A stretch of 64,000 nt of DNA from Eledone cirrhosa (GCA_964016885.1 OZ024740.1:378014001-378078000), one strand, 5' to 3'; counted from the first letter of the stretch, positions 31,621 through 45,165 are shown. Translations and numbers: made by a program. Notes: generated by a model not told the origin, from the letters alone.

Positions 31621-33644
31621 TTAATTCCTGTCGCTTATTTAATAGGATATCCTTAGATTTCATTATTTCAAATAGTTCTTGGGAACACAATCTACATTCA
31701 TTTCTATTATTTTGATAAGGGGTGGGCTCTTTTGAGCACACTCCAGGTCATATCATATTCTATATTCTTATTTCTATAACTATTAATTTTTTCTGCTAGA
31801 GATGTTGTATTAGCCAGTGCGGCATTTTTAAAACTATGTTTGTGGGTATTAAACCTTACCTTAAAATTGTTAGAAGTAGCTCCTATATATGAGCAAATAG
31901 AATCTTTAGTTTTAACTTTACATTTATAAACTATGTTGTTAACAAGACAATTTCCTTTTAATGGGCAGTTTGCTTTGTTTCTACAGTTACAACCTTTCGT
32001 TAATTCTGTATTTGAGGAGATATTATGGTTAGTTTGATGTATTGGTGGTATACTTATGGTTTTTTTACATTTATATGCATTATAGGCACTTATATTTTGT
32101 TTTATGTTTTTGGTTGTTGAGTATGAGAATTTAACTGTTGATCTATTTAAGATTTGATGGTATTTGTGGTTTGGCGGGAAGTTTTTCTCTAGGATATTAA
32201 AAAATTTTTTAGCTATATTATCCTTAATTTGTAAATTAAATGGAGCATTATACCAAGTAACTCGTCTATTACTGTTTCTATGTTGTTTATTGTTTTTATA
32301 GGATGCATCGTGATGTTTACTAGGAGGATTAATGTTAATGACCTCACCACGCACATTTTTAGTTAGATTATTGATTTAGGTGTTTTAGCTTGTTTATTAG
32401 GAGTTTTATTATTAACATTTATTAGAGTTGTATGATGAGTAGTTTTTTGAGAGTTACTATACTTTATATTAGAGGAGTTAGAGAAATTTGGTTTTATGTT
32501 GGTATTTTGGGGTATAGTGTGAGTGGCATTTAGGTGTGTACTTTTCATTTGGTGTTTGTTGGTAATATTAGGTTGTATGTTTATAGTGTTATTAGTAGAA
32601 GGTATATATTCCAATCTATTTTTGTGGCCACTTCTATCTAGAGCTTCGTTATAGAAGGTCGCATTTTTATCAAATACATCTTGGTTAGACGAAAGGTTAG
32701 AAATTCTAAGTGATATATTATATGCAAGGTTTTTAAGGATAGATTTAGGGTGATTAGATTGTGAGTGTATGTAGTGTAAGTTTTGGTTGGGTTTATGGTA
32801 AGGTTGGTAGATACCCGTAGCTAAGTCTAAAGTTATATCTAGGAAATGAACTACTTTACTTGTGTTTTCAAAAGTAATATGAAGACTATAATAGTCTTTA
32901 AGGAAAGTTCTAATAAGCTTTTTGTTTTTTTCTATTTCTGAGAGGCTAAGGTTGTTGGAAAGAAGAAGACAGTCATCACGATATAAACCACCTTTAAGGT
33001 GGGGAAAGGAAGCATTTATGTTAAAAAGAAGAAAGAGGCCCACAAGATCAGTAATTTGGGCAGAATCGCTTGAACCCATAGTAATATCAAATAGATTACT
33101 ATATGTGTTTCTGGTCCAGTATTCATTCTGAAATTCAATAAATGTTAGTCTAGCATGTGTAATAATATTAATGTCATCCAAAGTTAAGTTAGATCTATTT
33201 TTAGCAAATATCAAGGCTTTGTTCAGGAGTATAGGTGATATAGAAGAATAGTAATTATCTATATCAAATTGTAGAAATGAAGCAGAAGATTTACATCTAA
33301 TATTTTTAAACCAGTTAATTACCTGGGAAGTGTTTTCCCAGAGTGGTAAATTAACATGTTTTCTTATTTGTAGGATGACTCTATCCAAAATTTTTTTGCT
33401 AATTATTCCAATATCCGATTTGGAGGGACATATAAGTCTTATAGAAGGATTTGAGTTAAAGTTTAATTTATGATCTTTCAGGTTGAAGTGTGGTCTTTTC
33501 AATGCCAAAGGTTCAGTTCTATCTTCAATATTTAGTTTATTCACTATGTTGTGTGTTTTGTTGTTGATGTTGGTGAGTGACGCATTATTAGTTTTTCTAT
33601 AATTTTTCCTGAGTTCTTTATATATGAACTCATTGTAATTTTTA
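31566..33644 (-). pseudogene. PLE RT plus GIY-YIG endonuclease (two frameshifts)
   Basis: FLQFDIDNYY, MGSSDSA, YRDD; TWYNAPF, GCNCRNKANCPL, IVYKC...YIGAT; after a frameshift PYQNNRNECRLC...LNKRQELIISCNH. These motifs are typical of the Naiad clade. Confidence 0.88.
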
Positions 33645-33808
33645 TGTGATGGTATGTATATTCTCCTTGATTGTTTGTATAATTTTGTACATAGATCTTT
33701 TGAATATGCATGCCAATTCTAACACATATATGTCCTAGAAACGATCGTAAAATAATGAACTTTTTTTGTTTAATATAAGGAACTGTTTCTTTGTTTTATT
33801 CATTATTT

Positions 33809-33820
<12 letters not shown>

Positions 33821-33861
<41 letters not shown>

Positions 33862-34015
33862 GTATATATATAATATATATATATAATATATATATATAAT
33901 ATATATATATATAATATATATATATAATATATATAATATATATATAATATATATAATATATATATAATATATATATATAATATATATATATATATTATAT
34001 AATATATATATATAT

Positions 34016-34049
<34 letters not shown>

Positions 34050-34080
34050 ATATATTATATATATATATATATTATATATA
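33821..34080. repeat. (TA)n tract
   Basis: Directly visible. Confidence 0.97.
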
Positions 34081-34617
34081 TCATCATCATCATCATCATT
34101 TTACGTCCGCTTTTCCCTGCTTGCAAGGGTGGAACGAGTCTTATTCAGCACAGCATCTCTCCACTCGTCATGGTCCTTCGTCATCTCCACCGTGAGCTTC
34201 AATGATCTGAGATCTGTTCTCACCACCTCCGCCCATGCTTTTCGTGGTCTACCTCTACCACGTCTTCCTTCAACTGGCATTTCCTGGCACTTCTTCACCC
34301 CTCGGTCATCCTCCATGCACATCACATGTCCATAAAACCTCAGTCTCCTCTCCCGTACACTACATTCTATCCCTCTCAGACACAGTTTCTCTCTCAACAC
34401 ATTTATGCTGGGTTGTTCACGCACATTTACACTGCACATCCAATGGAGCATGCTTGCCTCATTTCTCTCCAGCCGTCGCATATCCTCTATAGTGCTGCCC
34501 ATGTCTCACTACCATGCAGCATCGCACTCCTCACACAAGGCCTCCTACAACCGGCCTTTCGTATGCAGGGCGAAATCCTTCGTCGTCAACAGAGGAAGCA
34601 GCTGCCTAAACTTCTTC
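34081..34617 (-). mobile_element. RTE LINE family D 3' fragment; ORF runs directly into the (ATG)n tail
   Basis: ORF 34101-34502: [11 protein letters not shown]...GRGRPRKAW...KRT stop, then tail. Confidence 0.9.
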
Positions 34618-34629
34618 TATATATTATAT

Positions 34630-34661
<32 letters not shown>

Positions 34662-34742
34662 GTGAAAGCGGTACAAGCCACATATATATATATATATATA
34701 TGTGAAAGCGGTACAAGCCACATATATATATATATATATATA

Positions 34743-36180
34743 TGTGAAAGCGGTACAAGCCATGTATAGGGGAGCAGTCAGCAAAGTTAGGATTAGCAAT
34801 GAGTATAGCGAGGAATTTAGCGTACAGGTTGGGGTCCACCAGGGCTCTGTTCTTAGCCCTCTCCTGTTCATCATAGTCCTGCAGGCAATAACGGAGGAGT
34901 TAAGACCGGATGCCCATGGGAACTCCTGTATGCTGATGACCTCGCACTCATAGCTGAATCTATGGTAGAACTAGAGAATAAATTCCAAACCTGGAAGCAG
35001 GGACTAGAGAGAAAGGGTCTCAAAGTCAACATGACCAAGACTAAGGTCCTTGTAAGTAGACGAGAAAACAGAACCCAGATCCCCTCGGGGAAATGGCCTT
35101 GCTCAGTATGTAGGAAAGGTGTAGGTAGGAACTCCATTCTCTGCCCCAAATGCAAACAATGGGTACACAAGAGATGTAGCGGGATCTCAGGAAGCTTAAT
35201 TAAGAATGTAGGATTCACATGCAGCAGCTGTGCTGAAACAGCAAGCAAACAGCCACAGGAAACAAGTACCGCCAATCTCTGGGAGGGCCCTGTAGAAACA
35301 GTAGACAGCTTCTGCTACCTAGGTGACCGAATTAGCAACGGAGGTGGGTGTTCAGAAAGTACAATAACTAGGGTAAGAACGGGATGGAAGAAGTTTAGGG
35401 AACTACTACCACTGCTAGCTGCAAAAGGCTTCTCCCTCAGAATGAAAGGCAGACTGTATGATGCGTGTATCCGAACAGCGATGTTGCATGGTAGTGAGAC
35501 CTGAGCGCTGAAGGTGGAAGACGTAGATTAGAGAGAAACGAAGCCTGCATGCTCCGATGGATGTGTAACAGTAATATACGTGAACGACAAAGCATAAATG
35601 AATTGAGAGAGAGACTGAGCATAAGAGGAATCAAATGCTGTGTACAGGAGAGGCGGTTGCGCTGGTATGGACATGTGATGCGTATGAAGGATGACAGCTG
35701 CATAAAAAGGTGCAGAGCACTAGAAGTTGATGGAAACCGCGGAGTGGGGAGACCCAAGATGACCTGGGATGAGGTGATAAAAGCCGACCTTACCCAATTA
35801 CACCTCTCAAAGACAATGACACACGACCGTGACTTCTGGCGTCACGCAGTAATACAGAGTACCCGACCTCCCATGGGTACATGCTGAAGCATATAAACAA
35901 TATGCCCCCACACCCCCCACCGCAAGGTGGTCGTGGAGGTGCCATGGCAAAAAAGCACCCAGCCCACACTGTAAAGTGGACGTGTGGGCGCCACGAAAAA
36001 GCACCCAGCACTCACTGTAAATGAGGTTGGTGTTAGGAAGTGCATCCAGCTGTAGAAATCAAGCCAGATCAGTTCCTGTATGAGCAAGGCATGGTCAGCC
36101 GACCAGACACTGCACACAACAGGACAAACCGTCTAACCCATGCTAGCGTGGAAGAACGGACGTAAAACGGTGATGATGAT
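34743..36180 (+). mobile_element. RTE LINE family B, 5'-truncated, with (GAT)n tail
   Basis: ORFs 34702-34953, 34962-35504 and 35549-35887. Confidence 0.94.
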
Positions 36181-36187
36181 ATATATA

Positions 36188-36236
<49 letters not shown>

Positions 36237-36411
36237 GAGGTTATATTTAATTTGTTGAGATACAACAAGCAAAATATTTTTATAACTGATATAAAGCACT
36301 CAACAAATTATTGGAGTAAATATACAATATATTAACAAATGGAAACTATATTTATAAAACCATATTTATTTCATTATACATATTTCAAGGGCCACCAAGG
36401 CAAACTATGGT

Positions 36412-39400
36412 ATCATCATCATCATCGTTTAACGTCCATTTTCCACGCTTGCATGGGTTTGGACGGGAGCTTTCCCACTTGAGGCGAGAGTGGTTGTCTT
36501 GCTCGCATAGTACTGTCTGGCGGGTTTTCTATGGCTGGATGCCATTCCTAACACCAACCACGTTTACAGTGTGGGGCTGGGAGGTTTTTACCGTGTTACC
36601 TACACGGCCACATTACAGCGTGGACTGTGTGTTTTTTTGTCGTGACACCTACACGATCTCATTTGTTTCGGCCTGGATGTTGTGGCACCAACATAACTTT
36701 ACATTGAAAGAGGCGGTGTGGATTGGGTGGGGGTGGTGGGACGGGGTTGTGTTTTGTTAGAGATGCCTACTGACTGTAGTAGGTTTTACTTTGTATTTAG
36801 GTAAGGCGGGTCTTCTCTATTACTGAGTACCGCCAAAGGTCTCGGTCCAGTGACATTGTCTTGGAGAGGTGTAAGCGTGTGAAGTCGGAATTTATCAAGT
36901 CGTCCCAGGTTTTTCTGGGTCTGCCTACTCCGTGGCTACCGTCTATCTTTATTGCCCTGCACTTTGTTATACAGCTGTCGTCTTTCATGCGCATCATGTG
37001 ACCATACCAACGTAGTCTTCTCTCGAGTAAACAACATCTGATCCCTCTTATTTCTAATTTTTCCCTTAGTTCGTTTATGCTTTGCCGTTCACGTATATTA
37101 CTATTACACATCCAGCGGAGCATGCAAGCTTCGTTCCTCTCCAGTCTGCGTATATCCTCTGCCCACAATGCCCAGGTCTCACTGCCATGTAACATTGCTG
37201 TTCGTATGCAGGCATTATACAACCTGCCTTTCATTTTTAGAGAGAACCCTTTAGCAGCTAATAGTGGTATAAGCTCTCTGAACTTTTTCCATCCAGTTCT
37301 GACTCTAGCTACTGTACTTTCAGAGCACCCTCCACCACTGCTGATTTTGTTACCCAAGTAATGGAAGGTGTCCACTATTTCTATAGAACCATCTGTGTAA
37401 TGGAATGAGCTAGTATTCTGTGGGCACTTACTGCTACTTATTGCACCAGAGCACCGGCCACATATAAAATCTATGTTCTTAGTTAGCTTACCTGTGATCC
37501 CACTACATCTTTATGCACCCATATTTTGCATTTGGGACATAAAATGGAGTTTCTACCTACTCCTTTCCTACACATGGAGCATGGCCATTTCCCGCATGGG
37601 ACCGGTTCCCTATTTTCCTTCCTACAAACTAGAACTTTAGTCTTAGACAGCTTAATTTTAAGGCCTTTTGATTCTAGGCCATGCTTCCATGTTTGGAATT
37701 TCTTCTCTAGTTCAGCCATTGATTCAGCTATGAGCGTTAGATCATCTGCGTATAGGAGTTCCCATGGGCAGCCAGTCTTGAACTCCACTGTTATAGCCTG
37801 AAGGGCAATAATAAATAGTAGGGGGCTAAGAACGGATCCCTGATGAACCCCAACTTTTACGCTAAACTCTTCACTATATTCGTTGTTAATTCTAACCTTG
37901 CTGACTGTTTCTTTATACATGGCTTGTATAGCTCTCACAAGCCATTCATCAACACCTAGTTTTCTAAGAGCCCACCAGAAAATGGAACGGAGGACTCTGT
38001 CGAAGGCTTTCTCCAAGTCGACAAAAGCTAAGTATAGGGGTTTACTTTTAGCTAGGTACTTCTCCTGTAGTTGTCGTACAATGAAAAGAGCGTCTGTGGT
38101 ACTTTTACCTGACACAAACCCGAACTGCATTTCATCTAGATCAATTCTCTCTCTGATTAGTTGCGCTATTACTTTTTCTGTGACCTTCATGACCTGGTCG
38201 ATTAATTTAATGCCTCTATAGTTACTCCTATCTAGGGCATCTCCTTTACCCTTGTAGCAGTTAATGATGATGCTGCTACGCCAGTCCTTCGGAACAACCC
38301 CATTCTGTATGACTTGGTTTACTATCCGGGTGACCATGGTGTGTCCCACCGTTCCAGAAGCTTTCAGCAACTATTTCCGAAGGCCCAGCCGCCTTACCCG
38401 TCTTCCTATCTTTAATTGCCTTACTTATTATACTACCTTCGACTAACACTGCTGGTCCCTCTATTGGATCGATGTGGGGGAGACTGTCTTTCTCCCATTT
38501 ATTCTCCTCATTTAGTAGCCTTTCGTAGTGACACTTCCAAGCTACCTTCTTATCAGCGTCAGTGATGGCAAGTACACCATCATCATTAAGGAGACACTTC
38601 TCCCTGACAATATCACGGTTTTCCTTGACACATTGCCTAGCAATCCTGAACACCTTACGTTTTTGGTCCTCGCGTTGTAGAACATGCTTGAACTTTCTTT
38701 CCTCTGCTTCCCTTCTTGCGAAGTACACTTGTCTCCTAGCTTCCCTCCTGGCCACTTGATAGTCTTCTCTACTTCCCCCATCCGCCATACTTTCCAAGCC
38801 TGCTTTTTGGCCTTAATTGACTCCTCCACCTTACTGTTCCACCACCATGTTACTCTCCTCCTGTCTATAGGCCTGCTCCAGTCACAGACTTCGTCTGCCG
38901 CCATCAGCAGGTTTGCTTTCAGGAATTCCCACTGTTCCTCTATATTGTACGACTCTAAATGCTTTTCCTTACTGTCAAAAGCATCAAGTAATATGCTTTT
39001 AAATTTATTTCTGGCTGTGGAGTCCTTTAGCTTCCATATTTTTCTCCTGAGGATAGTCCTCTTCTGTTGTCGAGTACGTCTCGTCCTGACTATGAGGTCG
39101 CTAATTATGAGTCTATGTTGGGAGGTGCATTCTTCATGGGGGAGGGATTTAGTGTTTACAACAGACACTCTGTCACGTCTTCTGGTAAGGATATAATCTA
39201 CCTGGCTGGTATGTTCCCCTGATCTGTAGGTGATCAAGTGATTGTCTCGTTTTTTGAAGTTAGCGTTACAGATAGTTAGGTTATTTGCGTCACAGAATTC
39301 CAGGATTCTGGAGCCTTTCTCATTTCTAGTACCAAACCCATAGCCTCCGTGGATTCTGTCATAGCCGTCACAATGTTGTCCAACGTGACCATTTAGGTCG

Positions 39401-40286
39401 CCAGCAATAATTATATAGTCACTGTCAGTTATTTGGGAGGTAGTGAGCATCAGTGTCTCATAGAATCTGTCTTTTATAGCTCCAGGCAGTCCGGATTGGG
39501 GTGCGTACGCAGATATTACTGTCACAGTAGTTCTATTTAGGACAAGTCTTATTTTAATTATTCTGTCGTTCACTCTATTTACGTCTATTATCTTATCCAC
39601 CCATTTTTCTGCTAACATGATTCCTACCCCACCCAGCCCATTGTCATTTCCCACCCAGAAAAGCTTATAGCATGGTTTTTTACCCACAATGAATCTAGCA
39701 GACTCGCCCCTCCACCCGGTCTCTTGGATACAGCAAACATCAACCTCCTTACGTTCAAGCATTTCTACAACCTCGTTAGAGCGACCTTTTAAGGTGCCTA
39801 CATTCATGGTACCAACTCTGAAGTTTTGGATTGCGTTTGGTGGGTGGGGCGCATGGAGGGGTGAGGGGGATGGGGTTGGGGTTACGTTGGCCATCCGCGG
39901 CCGAAACAACGAGGAGGAGTCCTTGCCCTTTTGTCCGGCAGCATGAGGTGAATTTGTCGTTATCTTTGGCATTGTCTTTGAGTGTCCAGATTCTTCAGAC
40001 TCTCCAGAAATTCCTTAGTCCATCCATCATATCGAAAAGCAACCAGAAGTGATAGCATAGGCCATTGACTTATAATTGGTCCAAATAATAATGGTGGAGA
40101 GTGGGGGCGGGCGGGAGGGGTATGGGGTAGTTAGCGAGGAGAAGATTATTTAGAACAAGCGAGGAACAGATATATGGATGAATGAACCAAAGGGTGGGGA
40201 GACAAGAAGAAAATGGTATTTTTACATTACATTTCGTAGAAGTGGACTGACCATTAATAAGAGTTGACAAATTCTGAGATTCGTAC

Positions 40287-40290
<4 letters not shown>
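36412..40290 (-). mobile_element. Full-length RTE LINE family A with several frameshifts
   Basis: ORFs 38542-39972 (APE), 38276-38797, 37483-38370 (RT) and 36797-37375; 5' UTR to ~40290; (CAT)n at 36412. Confidence 0.96.
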
Positions 40291-40349
<59 letters not shown>

Positions 40350-40632
40350 TATTATATATATATATATATATATAATATATATATTATATATATATATATT
40401 TCTCTCTCTTTTTCCACCTGGCCTTTTGATTAATAAAAGGCCTCGGGCGCACCCGAACTACACCGATGTCCTGTAATACAGCGCCAAAACGGTTCGGGAA
40501 ACATTTACAGCTGACGATGGAAACTCCTTTCTTCTTTTCTCCTCCTGTTCTGTCCTAACCACCATCTTAAACCTTGTTTTTAGTAACCACACAGCTCCTT
40601 TCGTTTCATAACTTTTTATATTATATATATAT

Positions 40633-41070
40633 TCATCATCATCATCATCGTTTAACGTCTATCTTCCACGCTAGTATGGGTTGAGACAGGAATTGTTCCA
40701 CTTGAGGCAAGATTGGTCGTCTTGCTCGTATGGGACTGTCTGGCAGGTTTTCTACGGCTGGATGCCCTTCCTAACACCAACCACGTTTACAGTGTGGACT
40801 GGAAGGTTTTGACCGTGTTACCTACACGGCCACAGTGTTTTTTTTGTCGTGACACCTACACAACCTCATTTATTTAGGATGGATATTGTGGTACCAACAT
40901 AACTTTACAGAGGCAGGGGTGGTGTTGATGGGGGTGGGGGAGTTGAGGTAGTGGGAGGGAGGTGTATATTTGATTAAGAGGTGCCTACTGACTGTAGGTT
41001 TCACTTTGTACTTAGGCAAGGCGGGTTTTCTGTATTACTGCGTGGCGCCAAAGATCTCAGTCCAGTGACA
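40633..41070 (-). mobile_element. Older RTE family A 3' end fragment
   Basis: (CAT)n, diverged 3' UTR and last ORF codons. Confidence 0.85.
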
Positions 41071-41079
41071 CTGCAATGG

Positions 41080-41330
41080 CACATGTGTGAAAGTGCCATT
41101 CTTAAAAATGGATTTGAAGTGCTACCTCATCCAGCCTGTCCATCAAACCTTGCTCCTAGTGATTTTCATTTGTTTCTAAATTTGAAATATCATTTTGGGT
41201 CAGACAATTCTGTTAAGATAATTAACTGCAATCGGTTCAGAATAGTGGTTGACTAAGCAGGACAAACTGTTCTATTTAAATGACACTGAGCAGCTGCACA
41301 AGCCACACAAAATTTGTACTGAAGTTTGGG
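41080..41330 (+). mobile_element. Mariner-family transposase relic (C-terminal part)
   Basis: GFEVLPHPACPSNLAPSDFHLFLNLK resembles the mariner LPHPPYSPDLAPSDFHLF motif. Confidence 0.8.
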
Positions 41331-41638
41331 CACACTTCTTGTACAGTAATGAATATTACATTAAATAAATGATAATCATATCCAAAAGCTGTTAGTTAAA
41401 GTGGTTAGACAAGGTCCTATTGGCTTATGTTTATTACAGTATTTAATTTCATCTTTCTTCTGGCAAGGTTGACTTTGCCTTTCATCCCTTCAGGATAAAA
41501 ATAACAAGCACCTTAAATATTACAATATCACCTCTATAAAGTTTGTCTTTGTCATTAAATAAGAAAGAAATATCTGAAAGTGCAAAAAATATAACAATCT
41601 TTCATTGGAATAGAAAAATAAAAAAACAATGTTATTAC

Positions 41639-41771
41639 CTGAAGAGATATAGGATATAGCATAACTGTTAGATTTTGGATAGTTTTCAGCTTCCCACCGT
41701 GCCTCACTATTACTTTCTGGGTCTGTGTATAACAGAACTGCATACAGGCCAGCCATCTGAGCATTATATAT
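41639..41771 (-). CDS. Host exon: glutamate carboxypeptidase II / NAALADase-like (M28B) PA domain
   Basis: Polypyrimidine-AG acceptor and GTAATA donor; IYNAQMAGLYAVLLYTDPESNSEARWEAENYPKS... resembles GCPII VKNAQLAGAKGVILYSDPADY; phase-0 start fits the upstream exon. Confidence 0.82.
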
Positions 41772-43268
41772 CTATAAGAGAATAAACAAAGCTTTAACTA
41801 CAATTAAAGAAAATCAGCAATAACAATTAAAGATCTTACAATTAATATTATTTAAAATTGTAGTTCCCAACTTCATTAGAGATCACTATAAATTGATTTT
41901 GCATACATGAAAGCATTCATATTTTAATATCATCATCATCATCATCCTCGTTTAATGTCCACTTTCTACGCTAGCATGGGTTAGAGTCAAAAGACTCTTT
42001 AAAATGTTCAGTCAGTGTTATTAATTTAATAATATTGAATAACTGATCATGACAAAATGAGACAGAAAATGAAAAGAAAATTGCTTAACTGCCAAACTGA
42101 AACTTTCAAATATTTATTTTTCAATCTAAATCTAAAGATTTTCTCTACTTTGGGAGGTCAAACTCTCACATATAGATTATTCGATTTTCTTTTTGTTATA
42201 ATTTTTAGTGTGTATGATGCCATAATAGGATATATAATATAATCTGTATTTCTGAGACTTTCCCTAATATGAGAAGGTATAATACTAACTTCTCATTCCT
42301 TATTCTTATATTGAGGTACAATATAAATACAACACAAGCATATACAAACAACTATATATATAAACCTAGTCATGCAGTGAAAACAGTAAAGATATAAACT
42401 AATGTTTTCACCATATGACTAGCCACCATTGGTGAAACTCAAAGACTAATCCACCAAGATATATAATATATGACTCTACCACATATATTGAGTCACCTCA
42501 ACAGTAAATGTTTGATGTCATTTATTCTCATCATCATCATGGATGTCATTAAATGGTGATGATGATATATATACACACACATTTGATTACACATGTACAA
42601 ACAACAACACAGGCAAACCACACACATTTTCTTATTCTTTCAACAGGTTGTATACTTTTTAAAACGAATGTCTGCTGTTCATAAAAATGAATAAAAATAA
42701 TTTTCTCCTCTATTCAAACATAAATCTAAATAAACATTTCTTAATTCAGTCAAAATATTTCTTGAATAAACTTTTATAAGCACATTATTTATAAAACTTT
42801 TACTGAACACAAACAAATTAATCCTAACAGTTCTTGTCTAAATATAATTTCTCATTTGTATATTTACACAGCAGATCATGTAAACCTTTAGTCAGTTTAT
42901 TTAAACTTTGAAGGATAAAGTATTTCCTGTCTACCAGCTGAGATAAAAGAAAACCTGAAAAGTTAAATCATTCTCTCTCTCTCTCTCTGTATATATATTA
43001 AAATATGTGGTGTTAGTAAAACACTAAAAAAACTTCCAGTTCCAAAGGCATTATTAGAACTTGTACGTGCATCTTGTCATGTCTAATCATCAGTTTTGAA
43101 GCCTTCTTTGAATGATTCTTTCATAATACAAAGTTACAGTCAAGTAACCATATATATATATATATCAGTCATATTTATACAATAATAATCTAGCCAAAGT
43201 CATGTAATCAATCAACAACTGCAATAAATCAATGCATTTTTCCATACTGGTTACACATAAGTCCTTAC

Positions 43269-43391
43269 CTTCTTTGAAATAGATATCTTGCCTGTTCTTA
43301 TAATTGCAATCTGGTCACTGAGGTTAACTTTCAGTTTATTTAGATAAGCAAAGTCAACTGACCTTCCATAATTCGCATAAAACAGTAAACC
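43269..43391 (-). CDS. Host exon: glutamate carboxypeptidase II / NAALADase-like (M28B) PA domain
   Basis: TTTTTTAG acceptor and GTAAGG donor; 123 nt open; GLLFYANYGRSVDFAYLNKLKVNLSDQIAIIRTGKISISKK resembles GCPII GDLVYVNYARTEDFFKL...KIVIARYGKVFRGNK. Confidence 0.88.
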
Positions 43392-43539
43392 CTAAAAAAT
43401 AATTTTCAAAATATATACAAAAAATAGTATTAGAATGTGACAACTAATTTACCTCATGCAAGCATAGAAAATAGATGATAAATGATGATGATATATAATC
43501 ATATGCACACACACACATACACCCCATGACATGTTGCAA

Positions 43540-43863
43540 GCTCTCCCACAGTGCCGATGCCACATCAAAAAGCATCTAGCCCTTCTGTACAGAAGTAGTG
43601 TTGGTGCATGACAAAAAGCACCCAGTCCACCTTGTAAGGCAGTCATGCTGGTAACAAAGTGACATGACAAAACGCACCCAGTTCACACTGTAAAAGAGTT
43701 GGCATTAGCAAGGGCAACCAGCCATATAAGATCAAGTCAAAATCAGTTCATATGAGCTAGACGTGACATGACCTGATCTATCTAGCCTCATAATATGACA
43801 ACCCATCTGACCAATGCAAACATGGAAAATAGATGATGCAAATGGTGATGATGATGATGATGA
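43540..43863 (+). mobile_element. Degenerate SINE body / RTE-type 3' tail
   Basis: AAAAGCACCCAG repeats, GTTGGCATTAGCAAGGGCAACCAGCC core, (GAT)n tail. Confidence 0.65.
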
Positions 43864-44099
43864 GTGAAAATACAGAAACATACATTCTGTATTCAAATCC
43901 TGACAGAGTTAATTTTGTTCTGACAGGTTTTAATTGAATACATATTTAATTGAGCAACTCTGGAGTCGGTAAAATATGCAAGAGCTACATGTTTTTGCTC
44001 AAGTACCCTGCCTGTAGTTTCAATATGTTTGGATTTGCAATCATGAGGAAAAAGTGCTTGGTACCAAAGTAGAGTGTAATAAATATTTTTATTAGGATT

Positions 44100-44900
44100 G
44101 GGTAGCGTTTCGTTACAGTCTGATTTCAACTTTCATACTGCCTTTCATACTTCCAGGGGCGATAAAATAAAGTACCCATCACATACTGGGTCGATATAAT
44201 TAGCTATCCCCTCCTCACAAATTATTGAGATTGCACTCTGTTACTATTATGAGTTTCATGATTACTTACTGAACATTAAATTGGTTGAAAGACACATTCA
44301 TAGAAAAACATGCTAACTAATTTTTTGAAAAAAAAAAATTTATTGTAATTTTAAAATAAGAACAAATCATTTTTAATGAAATATATTTTCAATTTATTTT
44401 CAGTCTATATAAAATAAATAGAAATACATCAAAACTTAATCACAACAGCAGTTTTAGGGCATGTCTTCCTTACATACAATGTCTAAGACATAATAAGTAT
44501 TTGAATATTCTAAATACATAACTGTTAATAACAATATCTTCTAATATTAGTATACAACTACAAATTTTATGTGCACATAAACGATTAAATTTGCTACTTT
44601 ACTTATATCTTGATAAACGATGGCAATCAATGTTGACTCAGGTTGAGTTTTATCGCAAGAGCTAAAGGGAGGTAACTCAGTAGCACAGATAATTTTGTTT
44701 GATAATTTGCGAGCCAGTACACTTGTAATAATTATAGGTGATGGATTGGCAGAAATGGTAGAGCGTTGGATAAAATATCATTGCGGTATTTGTTCTGACT
44801 CTGCATTGTGATTTCAAATCCTACTGAAATATTTTGCCTTCCATCCTTCCAAGGCTGATAAAATAAAGTACTAGAGTAAATTTAATCAACCTTGCCCTTC
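44100..44900 (+). mobile_element. Two degenerate SINEs with a Deu/Nin-like core (44100-44215, 44740-44900)
   Basis: GCCTTTCAT.CTTCCAGGG..GATAAAATAAAGTAC core, recurring at 41465, 61745, 61970 and 62295. Confidence 0.6.
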
Positions 44901-45039
44901 TCTTGATTTGCTGACATTGCACCTAAATTCGCTCTGATCAATCGACAAGTGGGGTGGACCTCGTCAAATCGGACCAAGGAAACTTTTGATTCTATTGGTC
45001 TTTCTATTGCTGATGCTATCTACCAGTCACAACTCCTGG

Positions 45040-45165
45040 CAGAAGGAGCATCATAAAGTAAAGTGTCTTGCTCAAGAACACAACGCATCATCCGGTCCGA
45101 GAATTGAACACGCAACCTCACGATTGTGTATGCAACGCTCCAACCACTAAGCCACGCACCTTCAC
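45040..45165 (-). mobile_element. tRNA-derived SINE head
   Basis: GTGGCTTAGTGGTTGGAGCG...GTTCAATTC; similar to 7030-7142. Confidence 0.75.

Larger units (their letters stand above)
26791..33820 (-). mobile_element. Penelope-like element (Naiad-like), 5'-truncated with an inverted pLTR piece, interrupted by RTE-B copies
   Basis: RT ORF 32363-33544, GIY-YIG ORF 31707-32354; 3' pLTR 26791-27480 with hammerhead; 33645-33820 is the inverted copy of 26927-27103. Confidence 0.85.

Noticed and set aside
31566-32354. Selenocysteine recoding as reported for some Naiad PLEs
   Set aside because: The conserved Cys positions are ordinary TGT/TGC codons; the breaks are frameshifts, not in-frame TGA
40505-40530. 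CTGACGATGGAAAC hammerhead-like string
   Set aside because: No stem II between the boxes and no stem I partner
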